Below, in pieces: positions 8,596 to 17,872 of a stretch of 64,000 bases of DNA (the stretch's first letter is position 1; each line of letters begins with the position of its first letter). The stretch is from an uncultured virus (IMG/VR IMGVR_UViG_3300015375_000848) (taxonomy: Duplodnaviria > Heunggongvirae > Uroviricota > Caudoviricetes), in the IMG/VR virus record IMGVR_UViG_3300015375_000848; one strand, given 5' to 3'. Position numbers and translations under genes: made by a program. The notes under the pieces are model-generated. The model was not told the DNA's origin, searched no databases, and was given only the letters and a program-made list of their open reading frames with translations.

Positions 8596-9273
8596 ATGAC
8601 TTACGGTATTGTCATATCCTCATTCAAATATGGTCACCTAGCAGCTCATGCAGTAGAAAGTGTTTTAGCTCAAAACGTAAAGTTTGATAAAATATGGTTC
8701 GTAGACGATGGCGTTGGCGACTGTGAGCACATCAAGTCAATTTATGGGGAAAGAATAAACTTTGTAAAAAACGAAAGCAATATTGGAATAGTAGACAATT
8801 TCAATAAGATGCTCAATTTGGTTGATACAGACTATGTTATGTTCTTAGGTGCTGATAACTGGCTACGTTCCGATACTCTTTACTTCTTGAAATCAACCTT
8901 TGAAAAAGAGTCATTTATAGTTTCTGGTGGTGTAACCTTCAAACGAGATGAGTCAGACGTGCACATAGTAACTTATGATATTATGGTTACGGGGGAGCTA
9001 AAAGAAGACATACACCAGTTTTATAGCAGTTTTATGGCTGACCTCAACGGAGACTATTACTGGAATAGAGCTGGGGGACATCACGGTTCGATGATGTACA
9101 GCGTTAGTCTAGCCAAAGAAGTTGGGGGTTATGCCCATAACAATACAAGTAATAGAACGGACGAAGACATGAACCTTTGGAACAAAATGATAAATGCTAG
9201 AGCTATAGTAAGACACATTCCCGAAGCCCTTTTATATTACAGAAGACACAAAGAAAACTTTAATAAATACTAA
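8596..9273 (+). CDS. Glycosyltransferase family 2
   Basis: VDDG, N.G....N, FLGADN, DED..LW, YYRRH. Confidence 0.9.
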   Translation: MTYGIVISSFKYGHLAAHAVESVLAQNVKFDKIWFVDDGVGDCEHIKSIYGERINFVKNESNIGIVDNFNKMLNLVDTDYVMFLGADNWLRSDTLYFLKSTFEKESFIVSGGVTFKRDESDVHIVTYDIMVTGELKEDIHQFYSSFMADLNGDYYWNRAGGHHGSMMYSVSLAKEVGGYAHNNTSNRTDEDMNLWNKMINARAIVRHIPEALLYYRRHKENFNKY

Positions 9274-9274
9274 T

Positions 9275-9697
9275 ATGAATAACTTTTTAAAGAAAATGTC
9301 TTTACGATTACAAATACTTAAAAACAATATCAAAATACTATTCATAAAGATAAAGATGGTCTTTAATGTCTTTAAGATGTTACTAATAGCATATAAAATA
9401 AAGTGGAACAATCTTAAAACAAGAGTCAGGAGGTTTGTTTATGTTACTTATTTTTCAGTAATAACTCCCCTGAAGTTTGCCTTTATATTTCCCGCTTTAG
9501 TTCTTTGTGCAATTTTTCTTTTGCCCATAATTATTTCAAACATGTTAGGGTACGGTGACTTTTTAGTTAAAATGGTATCTGAAGAGACCCCAAGAGAGGA
9601 GAAATTAGCCTTCTGGAAGGAATCTTACAATTTTTTGGTGCATCTATCCTTTACCCTTTATATCTGCATAGCAGCCTATTACGTATTATCAAAATAG
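9275..9697 (+). CDS. Membrane protein
   Basis: Two hydrophobic segments. Confidence 0.55.
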   Translation: MNNFLKKMSLRLQILKNNIKILFIKIKMVFNVFKMLLIAYKIKWNNLKTRVRRFVYVTYFSVITPLKFAFIFPALVLCAIFLLPIIISNMLGYGDFLVKMVSEETPREEKLAFWKESYNFLVHLSFTLYICIAAYYVLSK

Positions 9698-9703
9698 CTA
9701 AAA

Positions 9704-10333
9704 ATGACCTTTTGCATACTTATACCCACTATAAACAGAAAAGACCTACTGATTGAGGCTCTAGATTTCTATACAACCCATATGCCCAATACTCAAATTT
9801 TTGTTTGGGACAATGGTAAGCAAGGTATACCCGCCTATCCAAACACAAAAGTTTTTGAGTCTGAATATAACTACGGGGTGGCTGCCTCTTGGAATGCCTT
9901 AATTGAAAGAGCCCATAAAATGGGGTTTGAAAACTACCTAATCCTAAATGATGATGTCATTTTGAGATGTGGAGAAGGGGTTATTAATCAAATACTTGAA
10001 AAGGGAAAGGATGGCTCGGCTTTTCATAGATGCCGTCCGTTTTATAACTGGTCAAGCTTTATTTTAAGAAAAACAACCTTTGACCTAGTGGGAAAATTTG
10101 ATGAAAACTTTAAAAGGTGTTACTTTGAAGATAATGATTATCAGTACAGAATGAAGCTTTTAGGCGTTCCACTTAGATATGAAGATGACCTGAATCCAGA
10201 GATTTATAGAAACTCCCAATCAATTCTAAAAAACCCAATATTGAGCAACTACATAGATAATAGAGATTACTTTATTCGTAAATGGGGTGGAATGCCAGAT
10301 AGCGAGACCTACAAAACTCCCTTCAACAGATGA
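9704..10333 (+). CDS. Glycosyltransferase family 2
   Basis: IPTINR, DNG, N.GVAASWN, LILNDD, VG.FDE.F..YFEDND, KWGG. Confidence 0.9.
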   Translation: MTFCILIPTINRKDLLIEALDFYTTHMPNTQIFVWDNGKQGIPAYPNTKVFESEYNYGVAASWNALIERAHKMGFENYLILNDDVILRCGEGVINQILEKGKDGSAFHRCRPFYNWSSFILRKTTFDLVGKFDENFKRCYFEDNDYQYRMKLLGVPLRYEDDLNPEIYRNSQSILKNPILSNYIDNRDYFIRKWGGMPDSETYKTPFNR

Positions 10334-10533
10334 GAAAAGTTCTTTTGTGGCTAATTTTTATATTTCATACACTTTCTATATCCACATATTTATGTGCGGT
10401 CGTTTTGGGGTATTTAAAGTCCGAAAAGGTGATTTTGATTTTTTTATCAATTAGTGGTATCTTGACAACCCTAACTTTTTCAGAATATGTTTTAAAATAC
10501 AATTTTGAAAAGGAAGGACGTAAAAGATACTGA
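10330..10533 (+). CDS. Small two-TM membrane protein
   Basis: Two hydrophobic helices. Confidence 0.55.
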   Translation: MRKVLLWLIFIFHTLSISTYLCAVVLGYLKSEKVILIFLSISGILTTLTFSEYVLKYNFEKEGRKRY

Positions 10534-10535
10534 AA

Positions 10536-10898
10536 ATGAATATAAAACAACAGCTTGTAACAGTACTCATAGCTTTTGCTTCTGTTATTTTTTCACTTTT
10601 CTTGTTTGGCAGTAATAAAAATCTGCACAGCAAAATTTCTGTTTTAGAAGGTCAAAAGCAGCAGATGGAAGAAAGGATTAAGGAGCTGTCGGAAGAAAGA
10701 CTTGAAGTGCTTGACAGTATATTAAATGTTCAATACCAAGTACAAGAACTAGAAAAAGCTGAAAGTAAGCTCAAGACAAAAAATAATAACCTCGAACTAC
10801 AGCTTAAATCTTTAAAATCAAAGTATGAAAAAGCTAATAATCATAGCGTTAACTACAATACTGACAGCATCAGAAGGTATTTCGCAGAGTTCGACTGA
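10536..10898 (+). CDS. N-anchored coiled-coil protein, spanin-like (inner)
   Basis: N-terminal TM plus long coiled coil; overlaps the next gene. Confidence 0.5.
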   Translation: MNIKQQLVTVLIAFASVIFSLFLFGSNKNLHSKISVLEGQKQQMEERIKELSEERLEVLDSILNVQYQVQELEKAESKLKTKNNNLELQLKSLKSKYEKANNHSVNYNTDSIRRYFAEFD

Positions 10899-11238
10899 TA
10901 CTACTTGTTTGCCTAATAGCCAGCTCAAAAGGGTTATAAATCGAATCGAAGCTTGTAAAATTATTGAGGAAGAGCTAACCCTATCTAAAAGCCAACTACA
11001 GCTTGCAAACCAAAGAATTAATTTAAAAGATTCTGTAATTTCTAAGCTTCACCTTCAGGAAGCCAATTATGAAAGGCTAGTTCAAAACTATAAAAAAACG
11101 GAAAGTACTTTTAGAGCAGTAGTAGATACTCAAGAAAAACAAATAAATTTACAAAAGAAATTAATCCGAAGAAAAGGCTTTAGCAAATGGATTGTTGGGG
11201 CTTTAGGAATTTGTATAGGTTATTTAATAGCAAAATAA
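10825..11238 (+). CDS. Signal peptide + coiled coil + C-terminal hydrophobic tail, spanin-like partner
   Basis: Overlapping pair architecture recalled from Bacteroidota phages; no clear lipobox. Confidence 0.45.
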   Translation: MKKLIIIALTTILTASEGISQSSTDTTCLPNSQLKRVINRIEACKIIEEELTLSKSQLQLANQRINLKDSVISKLHLQEANYERLVQNYKKTESTFRAVVDTQEKQINLQKKLIRRKGFSKWIVGALGICIGYLIAK

Positions 11239-11239
11239 A

Positions 11240-11449
11240 ATGGAAGAAACTAACATATCTAAAACAGATAGCCCACTAGGATTCGATGTTCAATCGGTTC
11301 GGTTATTAGATGTTTTTTTTATTGCTCCTTTTCTTATGTATGTGGGAACTAATAAATCACTATCTACACCAGTTAGAGCAACTCTATGGGGAATAGGACT
11401 TGCCACTCTTTTTTATAATGGGCATCACTACTTAAAAAATAAAAAATGA
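11240..11449 (+). CDS. Small two-TM membrane protein
   Basis: Q.VRLLDVFFIAP hydrophobic hairpin. Confidence 0.65.
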   Translation: MEETNISKTDSPLGFDVQSVRLLDVFFIAPFLMYVGTNKSLSTPVRATLWGIGLATLFYNGHHYLKNKK

Positions 11450-11715
11450 CCAAATACACACTTAACAAAGGGCAGCAAGGAGAAAAGGTTTTAATGATTG
11501 ATGGAATACAAAGTATTTGTCCTTTTGTAGACCCCATACCAATGCAAGGGCAGATGGGTCAAATACAGCTTATGAGATTACCTTGTACAACTGCTTGCCC
11601 CCATGCTGTTGTTACCGAAGAAGAATATTGTATTAGCTGTAGTGGTAAACTAACAGTATTTGAATTAGATGAAGAAATAGGTCTAAAGTCCGATAGTTTA
11701 ACAATAGTAGAATGA
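11446..11715 (+). CDS. Cys-containing hypothetical protein
   Basis: CPF..PC...CPH..C..C. Confidence 0.6.
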   Translation: MTKYTLNKGQQGEKVLMIDGIQSICPFVDPIPMQGQMGQIQLMRLPCTTACPHAVVTEEEYCISCSGKLTVFELDEEIGLKSDSLTIVE

Positions 11716-11930
11716 GAATTGAGATTACTATAAACGGAAGTAAATATCTTGTTGAAAGAGAATCATTCGATGCAGAAACCGCATTTGATGATTTTTTAAA
11801 CTTACTATTTATTTCTGGTGTTGAAGTTGAAGACTTAGAAAAAATAATCAATTTAGCTTCTAAAAAAACGGTAAAAGAAAACCATAAAAAAGATGAGCTC
11901 AAAAACCTACCGAATACTTGCAACCTTTGA
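11712..11930 (+). CDS. Hypothetical protein
   Basis: ORF with ATGA coupling. Confidence 0.55.
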   Translation: MRIEITINGSKYLVERESFDAETAFDDFLNLLFISGVEVEDLEKIINLASKKTVKENHKKDELKNLPNTCNL

Positions 11931-13131
11931 TTACAATGCACCAACTGGGTTTGCAACCGTATCTAAAAACCTTGTAAAAAACTGGAAAAAAATATTTGGC
12001 GAATCTATAAAGCTGGATATTGTGGCAGTTAATTATTTCGGAGAAGATTATACCGAAGGCGAAAACGTTAGGGTTATTTCTGCTAAAAAGAAGGATGTGG
12101 CTAAAGACGATTGGGGTCGCTATGTTTTTATGCGCAGCCTAAAAGATATTGATTACGACCTTATATTTTGCTTGGCCGACTTGGGAACCGTTGTTCCTAT
12201 GATACCCTATTTAAAAGAGATTAAAGAGGAAAAAAAAGCAGCTAATCGAAAGCAGTTCAAAAGCATACTTTACTTTCCAGTAGACTTTGCCCTAACACCT
12301 AATTTGGGCGTAGGACTTGAATTCTTTGACTCTTTGGCGACTTATACAGAATTTGGTAGGTTTCATGCCTTGAGAATAAATCCTGCTTTGAAGGGTAAGA
12401 TAAAGGTTGTTCCACATGGAAATAACATGGAGAACTTCTATCCTTTGGAGCTAGAACATGTACAAACCTTTAGAAAAGAATACTTTGGAGAGAATGCTGA
12501 TAAATTTATAGTTGGATGCGTAAATAGAAACCAGTCTAGAAAAGACATTCCTACAACCATTTTTGGCTTTTTAGAATACTGGGAAAACCATAATAGCAAC
12601 AGCTTTTTGTATTTACATATGAACCCTAAAGACCCTATGGGGTGGCATTTAAGGACTATTCTTGCCCAAACCCCTTTGAGGGAGGGTAGAGACTTTATGT
12701 TTCCTCCACAAGACGATTATAATAAAGGTGCTGACTTAGTGAAACTCAATAAGATATATAACTCTTTTGATTGCTTTTTAAGCACGGCAACGGGAGGTGG
12801 ATGGGAGCTTACTGTTACAGAAGCCATGAGTGCCAAAAAGCCCGTTATAATACCCAAACACACCTCTTTTGAACATTTGGGAGGCAGCAACGGGGAAAGG
12901 GCTTATTTTTTAGAAACCCTTTATCCAATAGTGGCTATGGTAGATAACATAATTCGCTTTCAATGCGACCTTTATGAGATTTCAGATACCCTTGACCAAG
13001 TGTATAAAGACAAGAAAAGCCGAGCCTTAGACCAGACTTTGAAGATAGAAAAGGCCTATAAATTTGTGGAGTCTCTGAATTGGACAGACATATCCAAGTC
13101 TTTTGCTGACGAAATCAAAAGGTTGGGATAA
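11893..13131 (+). CDS. Glycosyltransferase family 4 (GT-B)
   Basis: PTGFA.V, VPHG, VNRNQ.RK, IYN.FD.F..T..GGGWEL...EAM. Confidence 0.9.
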   Translation: MSSKTYRILATFDYNAPTGFATVSKNLVKNWKKIFGESIKLDIVAVNYFGEDYTEGENVRVISAKKKDVAKDDWGRYVFMRSLKDIDYDLIFCLADLGTVVPMIPYLKEIKEEKKAANRKQFKSILYFPVDFALTPNLGVGLEFFDSLATYTEFGRFHALRINPALKGKIKVVPHGNNMENFYPLELEHVQTFRKEYFGENADKFIVGCVNRNQSRKDIPTTIFGFLEYWENHNSNSFLYLHMNPKDPMGWHLRTILAQTPLREGRDFMFPPQDDYNKGADLVKLNKIYNSFDCFLSTATGGGWELTVTEAMSAKKPVIIPKHTSFEHLGGSNGERAYFLETLYPIVAMVDNIIRFQCDLYEISDTLDQVYKDKKSRALDQTLKIEKAYKFVESLNWTDISKSFADEIKRLG

Positions 13132-13138
13132 ATAAAAA

Positions 13139-13205
13139 ACCTATCAATCTCTCGAAAGATAGGTCTTCTAGGTAAAAATAACCCTCCTCCACAGAGAGGA
13201 TATTA
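13139..13205. terminator. Two hairpins between convergent genes (bidirectional terminator region)
   Basis: ACCTATC/GATAGGT stem at 13139-13164 and AATAACCCTC/GAGGATTATT near-stem at about 13177-13204. Confidence 0.55.
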
Positions 13206-13316
13206 CTTTGACCATGCTTTGTACACTAGGTAATAAATACCGACAAGAGCAAGCGTATTGTGTACGTTTACTCCACCCAGCCACTTATCACTCTTAATGT
13301 TGAAGAAATCTCCCAT
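13203..13316 (-). CDS. 37-aa membrane microprotein (MGDFFNIKSDKWLGGVNVHNTLALVGIYYLVYKAWSK)
   Basis: Manual translation; A-rich leader; perfect TATCTTTG box upstream; similar to the peptides at 30078 and 30217. Confidence 0.7.
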   Translation of the reverse strand: MGDFFNIKSDKWLGGVNVHNTLALVGIYYLVYKAWSK

Positions 13317-13357
13317 TTTGAGTAGATTTAGAGGTTAAGAAATATTGTTGACGATTT

Positions 13358-13365
13358 CAAAGATA
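13358..13365 (-). promoter_or_regulatory. Perfect Bacteroidota -7 element TATCTTTG (divergent promoter region)
   Basis: Plus-strand CAAAGATA; a TTTG lies 16 bp upstream on the minus strand, which is a short spacer. Confidence 0.55.
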
Positions 13366-13396
13366 ATGTATATTTTTAATCCAAAATTTTCTTATC

Positions 13397-16393
13397 TTGA
13401 AACGGAAGGGTAGAAAATCGGCTGCTCAAACTCCAGCACCCGCAAAAGAAAGGATTTATGGGTCTAAAAAGAACCCATCAGGTAGTGCTGCAAGCAAGTC
13501 TTCAGCATCTAAAATAAAGCTTTCAAGCTCTATAATTCAAACTCTGAAGGATAAGGCTGCCAAATATAACAAAACTCATAAAAAAGATGTTTCTACTTCT
13601 ACTCTATCAGCTGTTATGCGAAGAGGTATGGGAGCTTACTCTAAATCACATAGACCCACAATTACTGGTGGTGCACCTAACTCAAGACAAGCGTGGGGTT
13701 TTGCAAGAGTAAATAAATTTTTAAAAAAGAAATCTGGAGAGCCAGTGAAAAAAGCATATGTACAAGACGATGACCTTTTAGAAAATGGTGGGGAAATAAA
13801 AGGTATTGTAAAAGCAAAGACAATAACTTATACGATTGAAGATTTTAAACACGATATTGAGCTTTCTGAAAGATGGCTTACCGACTGGCAAAGAGAAAGA
13901 TGGGTGAAGGAGGGTCAATCTGAAGAACAGATTGAGAGAGATATAAGACTCGCAAAAAAAGAAATTAGTTTACTCACAAGCAGAACGCCTTTTACTACTT
14001 GGTTTTTAGAAATACCTAAAGGACAGTATAAATTTGAAATAGCTGGAGCAACTTATGAAATAAAAAAAGATGTCCGTAAAGTTGATGTTGAATTTGGATG
14101 GAAGCGATATAAGCAAAACAAAAACTTTTGGTATGTTGTAAAGACTAATGATGTCCAAACCCCCTTTGATAAGTATATTGTCCCATTTATGGAAATTTAC
14201 CTCTCAAAAACACGGGAGTATGATTCAAAAGAAAGAATGATAGATGGTATAAATAGATATTTTAAAAATCTAATACGAGAAGATATTTCTGAATATCCCT
14301 TACCCAAAAACCATGATATAAGATATAAAGATGGGGGGCAACTTTCTTTAGGTGCTGTTTATAGCGGTTCTAAAGTCAAGACTTATTTAAACAAGGCTGA
14401 ATTTAAAGACCAATCATTTTTTCAATTTATCAATAACGGAGATAAGTACATACTCAAAAGTTTAACTATTAAAGATTTAGTATCAAGAGATTCTACTTTA
14501 CAATCATTTTTAAAAAGCGATGAGGCAAAGTATGAAAAAAATACTGATGAGTTCTCTCGGATTAATAATTATCCGATAGTTGTAGGAGATACCGATTATG
14601 GAAAGAATATAGTATTAGATGGGTACCATAGAATTGCTCAAGCTGTAGCTAACGGAGAATCAAAGATTAATGCTTTTGTAAAAATAGGTTCTGAATATCC
14701 CTTACCCCAAAAATCTGATATAAGATACGATACGGGAGCAGAATTACCAGTAGGCAAATTGGCAAAGGGAATGTCCCTTTCCGAAGTTGCTGCAAAGCAT
14801 AATCTGACCGCTGACGACTTGAAATCAGAATTAGTTTTAGGTATTGAGACAGAAAAAGAGCACACTGACAATCCAGATATTGCCAGAGCTATTGCCCTTG
14901 ACCACCTTTTTGAAGACCCTAAATACTATACCAAGCTGAAACAAATGGAAGGTATGGACTCCCACCTTTCCGAAATTTCTTCTAAATACGCTGGAGGCGG
15001 GTCTATAACCCCTATTTTCCAATTTAACACCCCGACTGGGGAAAAGTCTAGCCTTACCTACTTACAGCAAGTATTGGTCAGGACAAAGGCTTTCAAAGCA
15101 TTTTTTGGGGACTGGGAAGCAGCAGCCAAAGCATTTATAGCCGATAAAAGAGAAAACTTTGCCAAGCACTTTGCTGGCGTTTCTTTGGTATTAGACTATA
15201 AAACTTTTGAGCCTAAAGCCGTTTATCACGGGACTAGAAGCGAAAGCGAATTTTTCCGTTTTGACGTTAACAAGGATAAAGGGGTAGGAAGACCTTATGG
15301 CTACTTTGCTCACAATAAGGAATACTCACAAAACTTTACGACTAGCTCACAGCGGTCTGCAAAAAGCTCAAAACCATATTTATATGAGGTTTTTTTGGAT
15401 GTGAGAAAGCCTTTTTATGCAAATACTGACAGCTTTATCTTAAAAAACAAAGATGCTAACGGCTGGAAGGCAACTATAGCTTCAGCAATAGCTATTCAGA
15501 AATACGCCCCAAACAAGCCCTCTGTAGAGGAAACTATGGAGATTGATATGGCGGTAGAAAGCCAGATTGGTAAATATATTGAAAGCGTATACAAAAACGG
15601 GAGTGCTCCTTTTTGGAGGCTTATGGCTTCCGATGTGGACAAGGACTTCAAATACTTCCTTATGTCATACGGGTTTGACGGTATATTTTATGGGGAGGAG
15701 TTTCAGTCAGGTTTTGACCCAGATGACCCAGCACAATATACCCGTGCTGTAACAATCTTTGACTCAAAGCAAGTAAAGCTGGCTGACGGGCGTAACCTGA
15801 ATTTTGATGCCTTGATTGACGATATTCGGTATCAAGAAGGTGGGGATATTGAGGCAGAGCCAGTAGAAGAAAACTCAATACATATTCCTATGAATAAAAA
15901 AATGAAATTAGGGGCACTCCTTTTCGGGGAGACCTATGCTGAAGGCGGGGAAGTCATTGATGACAAAGGCAATAAGACAAATGACGGTAAAAAGGGCGGA
16001 TATTTTAAGGGTAGAAGCCACGCTGAAGGCGGTATTAAAGCAATTAATGTAGATACGGGTCAGCTTATTGAAGTAGAGGGCAACGAAGTAATTATTACCA
16101 AAGGTGCTGTTGCTGATAACACCAAGCGTGAATTTGAGGGCGAAATGCTTACAAACCGTGAAATCTTATCACGAATTAATCAATCTGGTGGTGGCGTATC
16201 TTTTGAAGAGGGTGGAGAATTGAAAGAGGGTAATCACACTTGCGGTTGCAGCGGTAAAAAATATAATTATGGTGGGGAGCTTTTGGAAGATTTTAATATC
16301 ATAACAAAACTAAATGAGCCTTACGATTCAACTCAAGCAAGAGTTAAAAAAGCTAGGGCTTTTGTTGATGACCTAATTTTTAAAATGCAGTAA
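13397..16393 (+). CDS. Large polyvalent protein: DUF5824-like + ParB/Srx-like + DUF5661 + ADP-ribosyltransferase (ART-PolyVal-like) + tape-measure C-terminal-like domain
   Basis: RRGMGAY..SHRP..QAWGFARVNKFL; VLDGYHR; GIETEKEHT..IALDHL.EDPKYYTKL; VRT.AFK.FFGDWE..VYHGT..GFDGI..QVK..DIRY; GRSHAEGG..EVEGNE. TTG start uncertain. Confidence 0.8.
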   Translation: MKRKGRKSAAQTPAPAKERIYGSKKNPSGSAASKSSASKIKLSSSIIQTLKDKAAKYNKTHKKDVSTSTLSAVMRRGMGAYSKSHRPTITGGAPNSRQAWGFARVNKFLKKKSGEPVKKAYVQDDDLLENGGEIKGIVKAKTITYTIEDFKHDIELSERWLTDWQRERWVKEGQSEEQIERDIRLAKKEISLLTSRTPFTTWFLEIPKGQYKFEIAGATYEIKKDVRKVDVEFGWKRYKQNKNFWYVVKTNDVQTPFDKYIVPFMEIYLSKTREYDSKERMIDGINRYFKNLIREDISEYPLPKNHDIRYKDGGQLSLGAVYSGSKVKTYLNKAEFKDQSFFQFINNGDKYILKSLTIKDLVSRDSTLQSFLKSDEAKYEKNTDEFSRINNYPIVVGDTDYGKNIVLDGYHRIAQAVANGESKINAFVKIGSEYPLPQKSDIRYDTGAELPVGKLAKGMSLSEVAAKHNLTADDLKSELVLGIETEKEHTDNPDIARAIALDHLFEDPKYYTKLKQMEGMDSHLSEISSKYAGGGSITPIFQFNTPTGEKSSLTYLQQVLVRTKAFKAFFGDWEAAAKAFIADKRENFAKHFAGVSLVLDYKTFEPKAVYHGTRSESEFFRFDVNKDKGVGRPYGYFAHNKEYSQNFTTSSQRSAKSSKPYLYEVFLDVRKPFYANTDSFILKNKDANGWKATIASAIAIQKYAPNKPSVEETMEIDMAVESQIGKYIESVYKNGSAPFWRLMASDVDKDFKYFLMSYGFDGIFYGEEFQSGFDPDDPAQYTRAVTIFDSKQVKLADGRNLNFDALIDDIRYQEGGDIEAEPVEENSIHIPMNKKMKLGALLFGETYAEGGEVIDDKGNKTNDGKKGGYFKGRSHAEGGIKAINVDTGQLIEVEGNEVIITKGAVADNTKREFEGEMLTNREILSRINQSGGGVSFEEGGELKEGNHTCGCSGKKYNYGGELLEDFNIITKLNEPYDSTQARVKKARAFVDDLIFKMQ
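14287..14740 (+). repeat. Intragenic direct repeat (19 bp exact, about 50 bp degenerate) at 14287 and 14689
   Basis: TTCTGAATATCCCTTACCC occurs twice, 402 bp apart, encoding SEYPLP..DIRY. Confidence 0.85.
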
Positions 16394-16394
16394 A

Positions 16395-17870
16395 ATGGCA
16401 ACAAAATATTTATCTATAGATACAGTTGTTGGACAGACTCAATGGAGTGATGGTCTTAAAAAGAGTATGATTCAAGATTTTGTAAAATCTGGATATGGTA
16501 ATGTTGCACCCTTGAAAGGTGCAGATTTTTTAGAAACAAGTAAAAATATACAAAGTAAAGTAAGCGGTTTTTCATCAGGGAAAAATACATATTTACAAGC
16601 AAATCAAATAGCGGATATTATTCATTCTATGGGTGTTGGCAGCCCAAGAAGATATTATAAAAGAAAAGTAAAAGCCGATGCTAGTCAGGATGGAGACGTA
16701 TTGAAAGATTGCTCTGGCTGGACGATTACCAAAAAGAATTTGGATGATGGTAGAATTGTTTATAACGCTAATATAAAAGCCGAAACACCAAAAAACAAAG
16801 GAGATTGGGCTGCAATTAAAGGGGACGTTTATGTAGAGACTGGTTTTAAGTGGAATTACAAATTTCAAAAATTTGAAAGGTGGGGTCAGCTTGAAAACGA
16901 AAGTGAAATAATTCAAAAACTTTGTCAGGTTTTAGGTAAGTATTATGAGGGCGGAGAAAAGCCAGCCCCAGCCCCTCAAAGCACAACATTAAAAGAAGGC
17001 GACAAATTCAAAATATATGGTAGGGTTTATGAAATAAATAGAATACTTGAAGGGAGAGTATTTTATAATCCAGTAGACGATGAAATGGCTGAAAGAGATG
17101 TTACTATTTCTGAAGCTGAAAAGGAAATCGCAAATGGAATATGGGTTAAAATTGAAGACGAAGAAGCCCCCCAAGCCCCAACACCTGAAGCTCCAAAATC
17201 AAAAGAAGAAAATTCAATTCCAGCAAACCCAAAACTTGATTACTGTAGAATAAACTGGGCTGAAGGTTTGGCTGAATACGCTGATAAGTTTCCAAAAGAT
17301 TTTAGCTCATTCACAGAGCTTACAAAATATATTGCTAAAAATATAAAAGCGTTGCCGAATAAAGGCTACGACAAGCACGGGGTAGAATGGAAATGGAAAT
17401 TTGAAGAGCAAGAGGTTACGGACAGATGGGATGTAAGTGAAAGCGAAGCAAACCCTTTCAAATATCCTAACCTTTATGCCTCTGAAATGATGCGAACGCT
17501 TTGTTATTACGCTTGGTATATTGAAACTGATGAAGAAACAACTTTTAAAGAAAATGACGATTTTATTGCAGAAATGCTTGGTAAAGAAGGTTTTGAATTA
17601 AACGATGAGCAATTTAATGCCATTCTTAAATTATATCTCACTCTTTACAAACAAGATACCAAAAGATTCAAATATAACACACCTGAAGAGAGGCTTGAAA
17701 GATTTAAAGAGGTATATCCAAAAACCTACAAGCTATTTAACTCTGGTGGTCAAGCAAAGTCAAAAGAGGATATTGAAAAAGCAATAAAAGGTCTACAATT
17801 CTTGGCTGACAAAGGAAACGAAAAAGCTAAAAAAGCAATTATTGGTTTAAAAATCTTATTAAATAAATAA
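16395..17870 (+). CDS. Modular protein with LPD25-like domain
   Basis: I.WAE..FSSF.E..GYDK....W..DRWDV resembles LPD25 (recalled); Pro/Ala linkers; C-terminal tag shared with 20936. Confidence 0.6.
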   Translation: MATKYLSIDTVVGQTQWSDGLKKSMIQDFVKSGYGNVAPLKGADFLETSKNIQSKVSGFSSGKNTYLQANQIADIIHSMGVGSPRRYYKRKVKADASQDGDVLKDCSGWTITKKNLDDGRIVYNANIKAETPKNKGDWAAIKGDVYVETGFKWNYKFQKFERWGQLENESEIIQKLCQVLGKYYEGGEKPAPAPQSTTLKEGDKFKIYGRVYEINRILEGRVFYNPVDDEMAERDVTISEAEKEIANGIWVKIEDEEAPQAPTPEAPKSKEENSIPANPKLDYCRINWAEGLAEYADKFPKDFSSFTELTKYIAKNIKALPNKGYDKHGVEWKWKFEEQEVTDRWDVSESEANPFKYPNLYASEMMRTLCYYAWYIETDEETTFKENDDFIAEMLGKEGFELNDEQFNAILKLYLTLYKQDTKRFKYNTPEERLERFKEVYPKTYKLFNSGGQAKSKEDIEKAIKGLQFLADKGNEKAKKAIIGLKILLNK

Positions 17871-17872
17871 AA

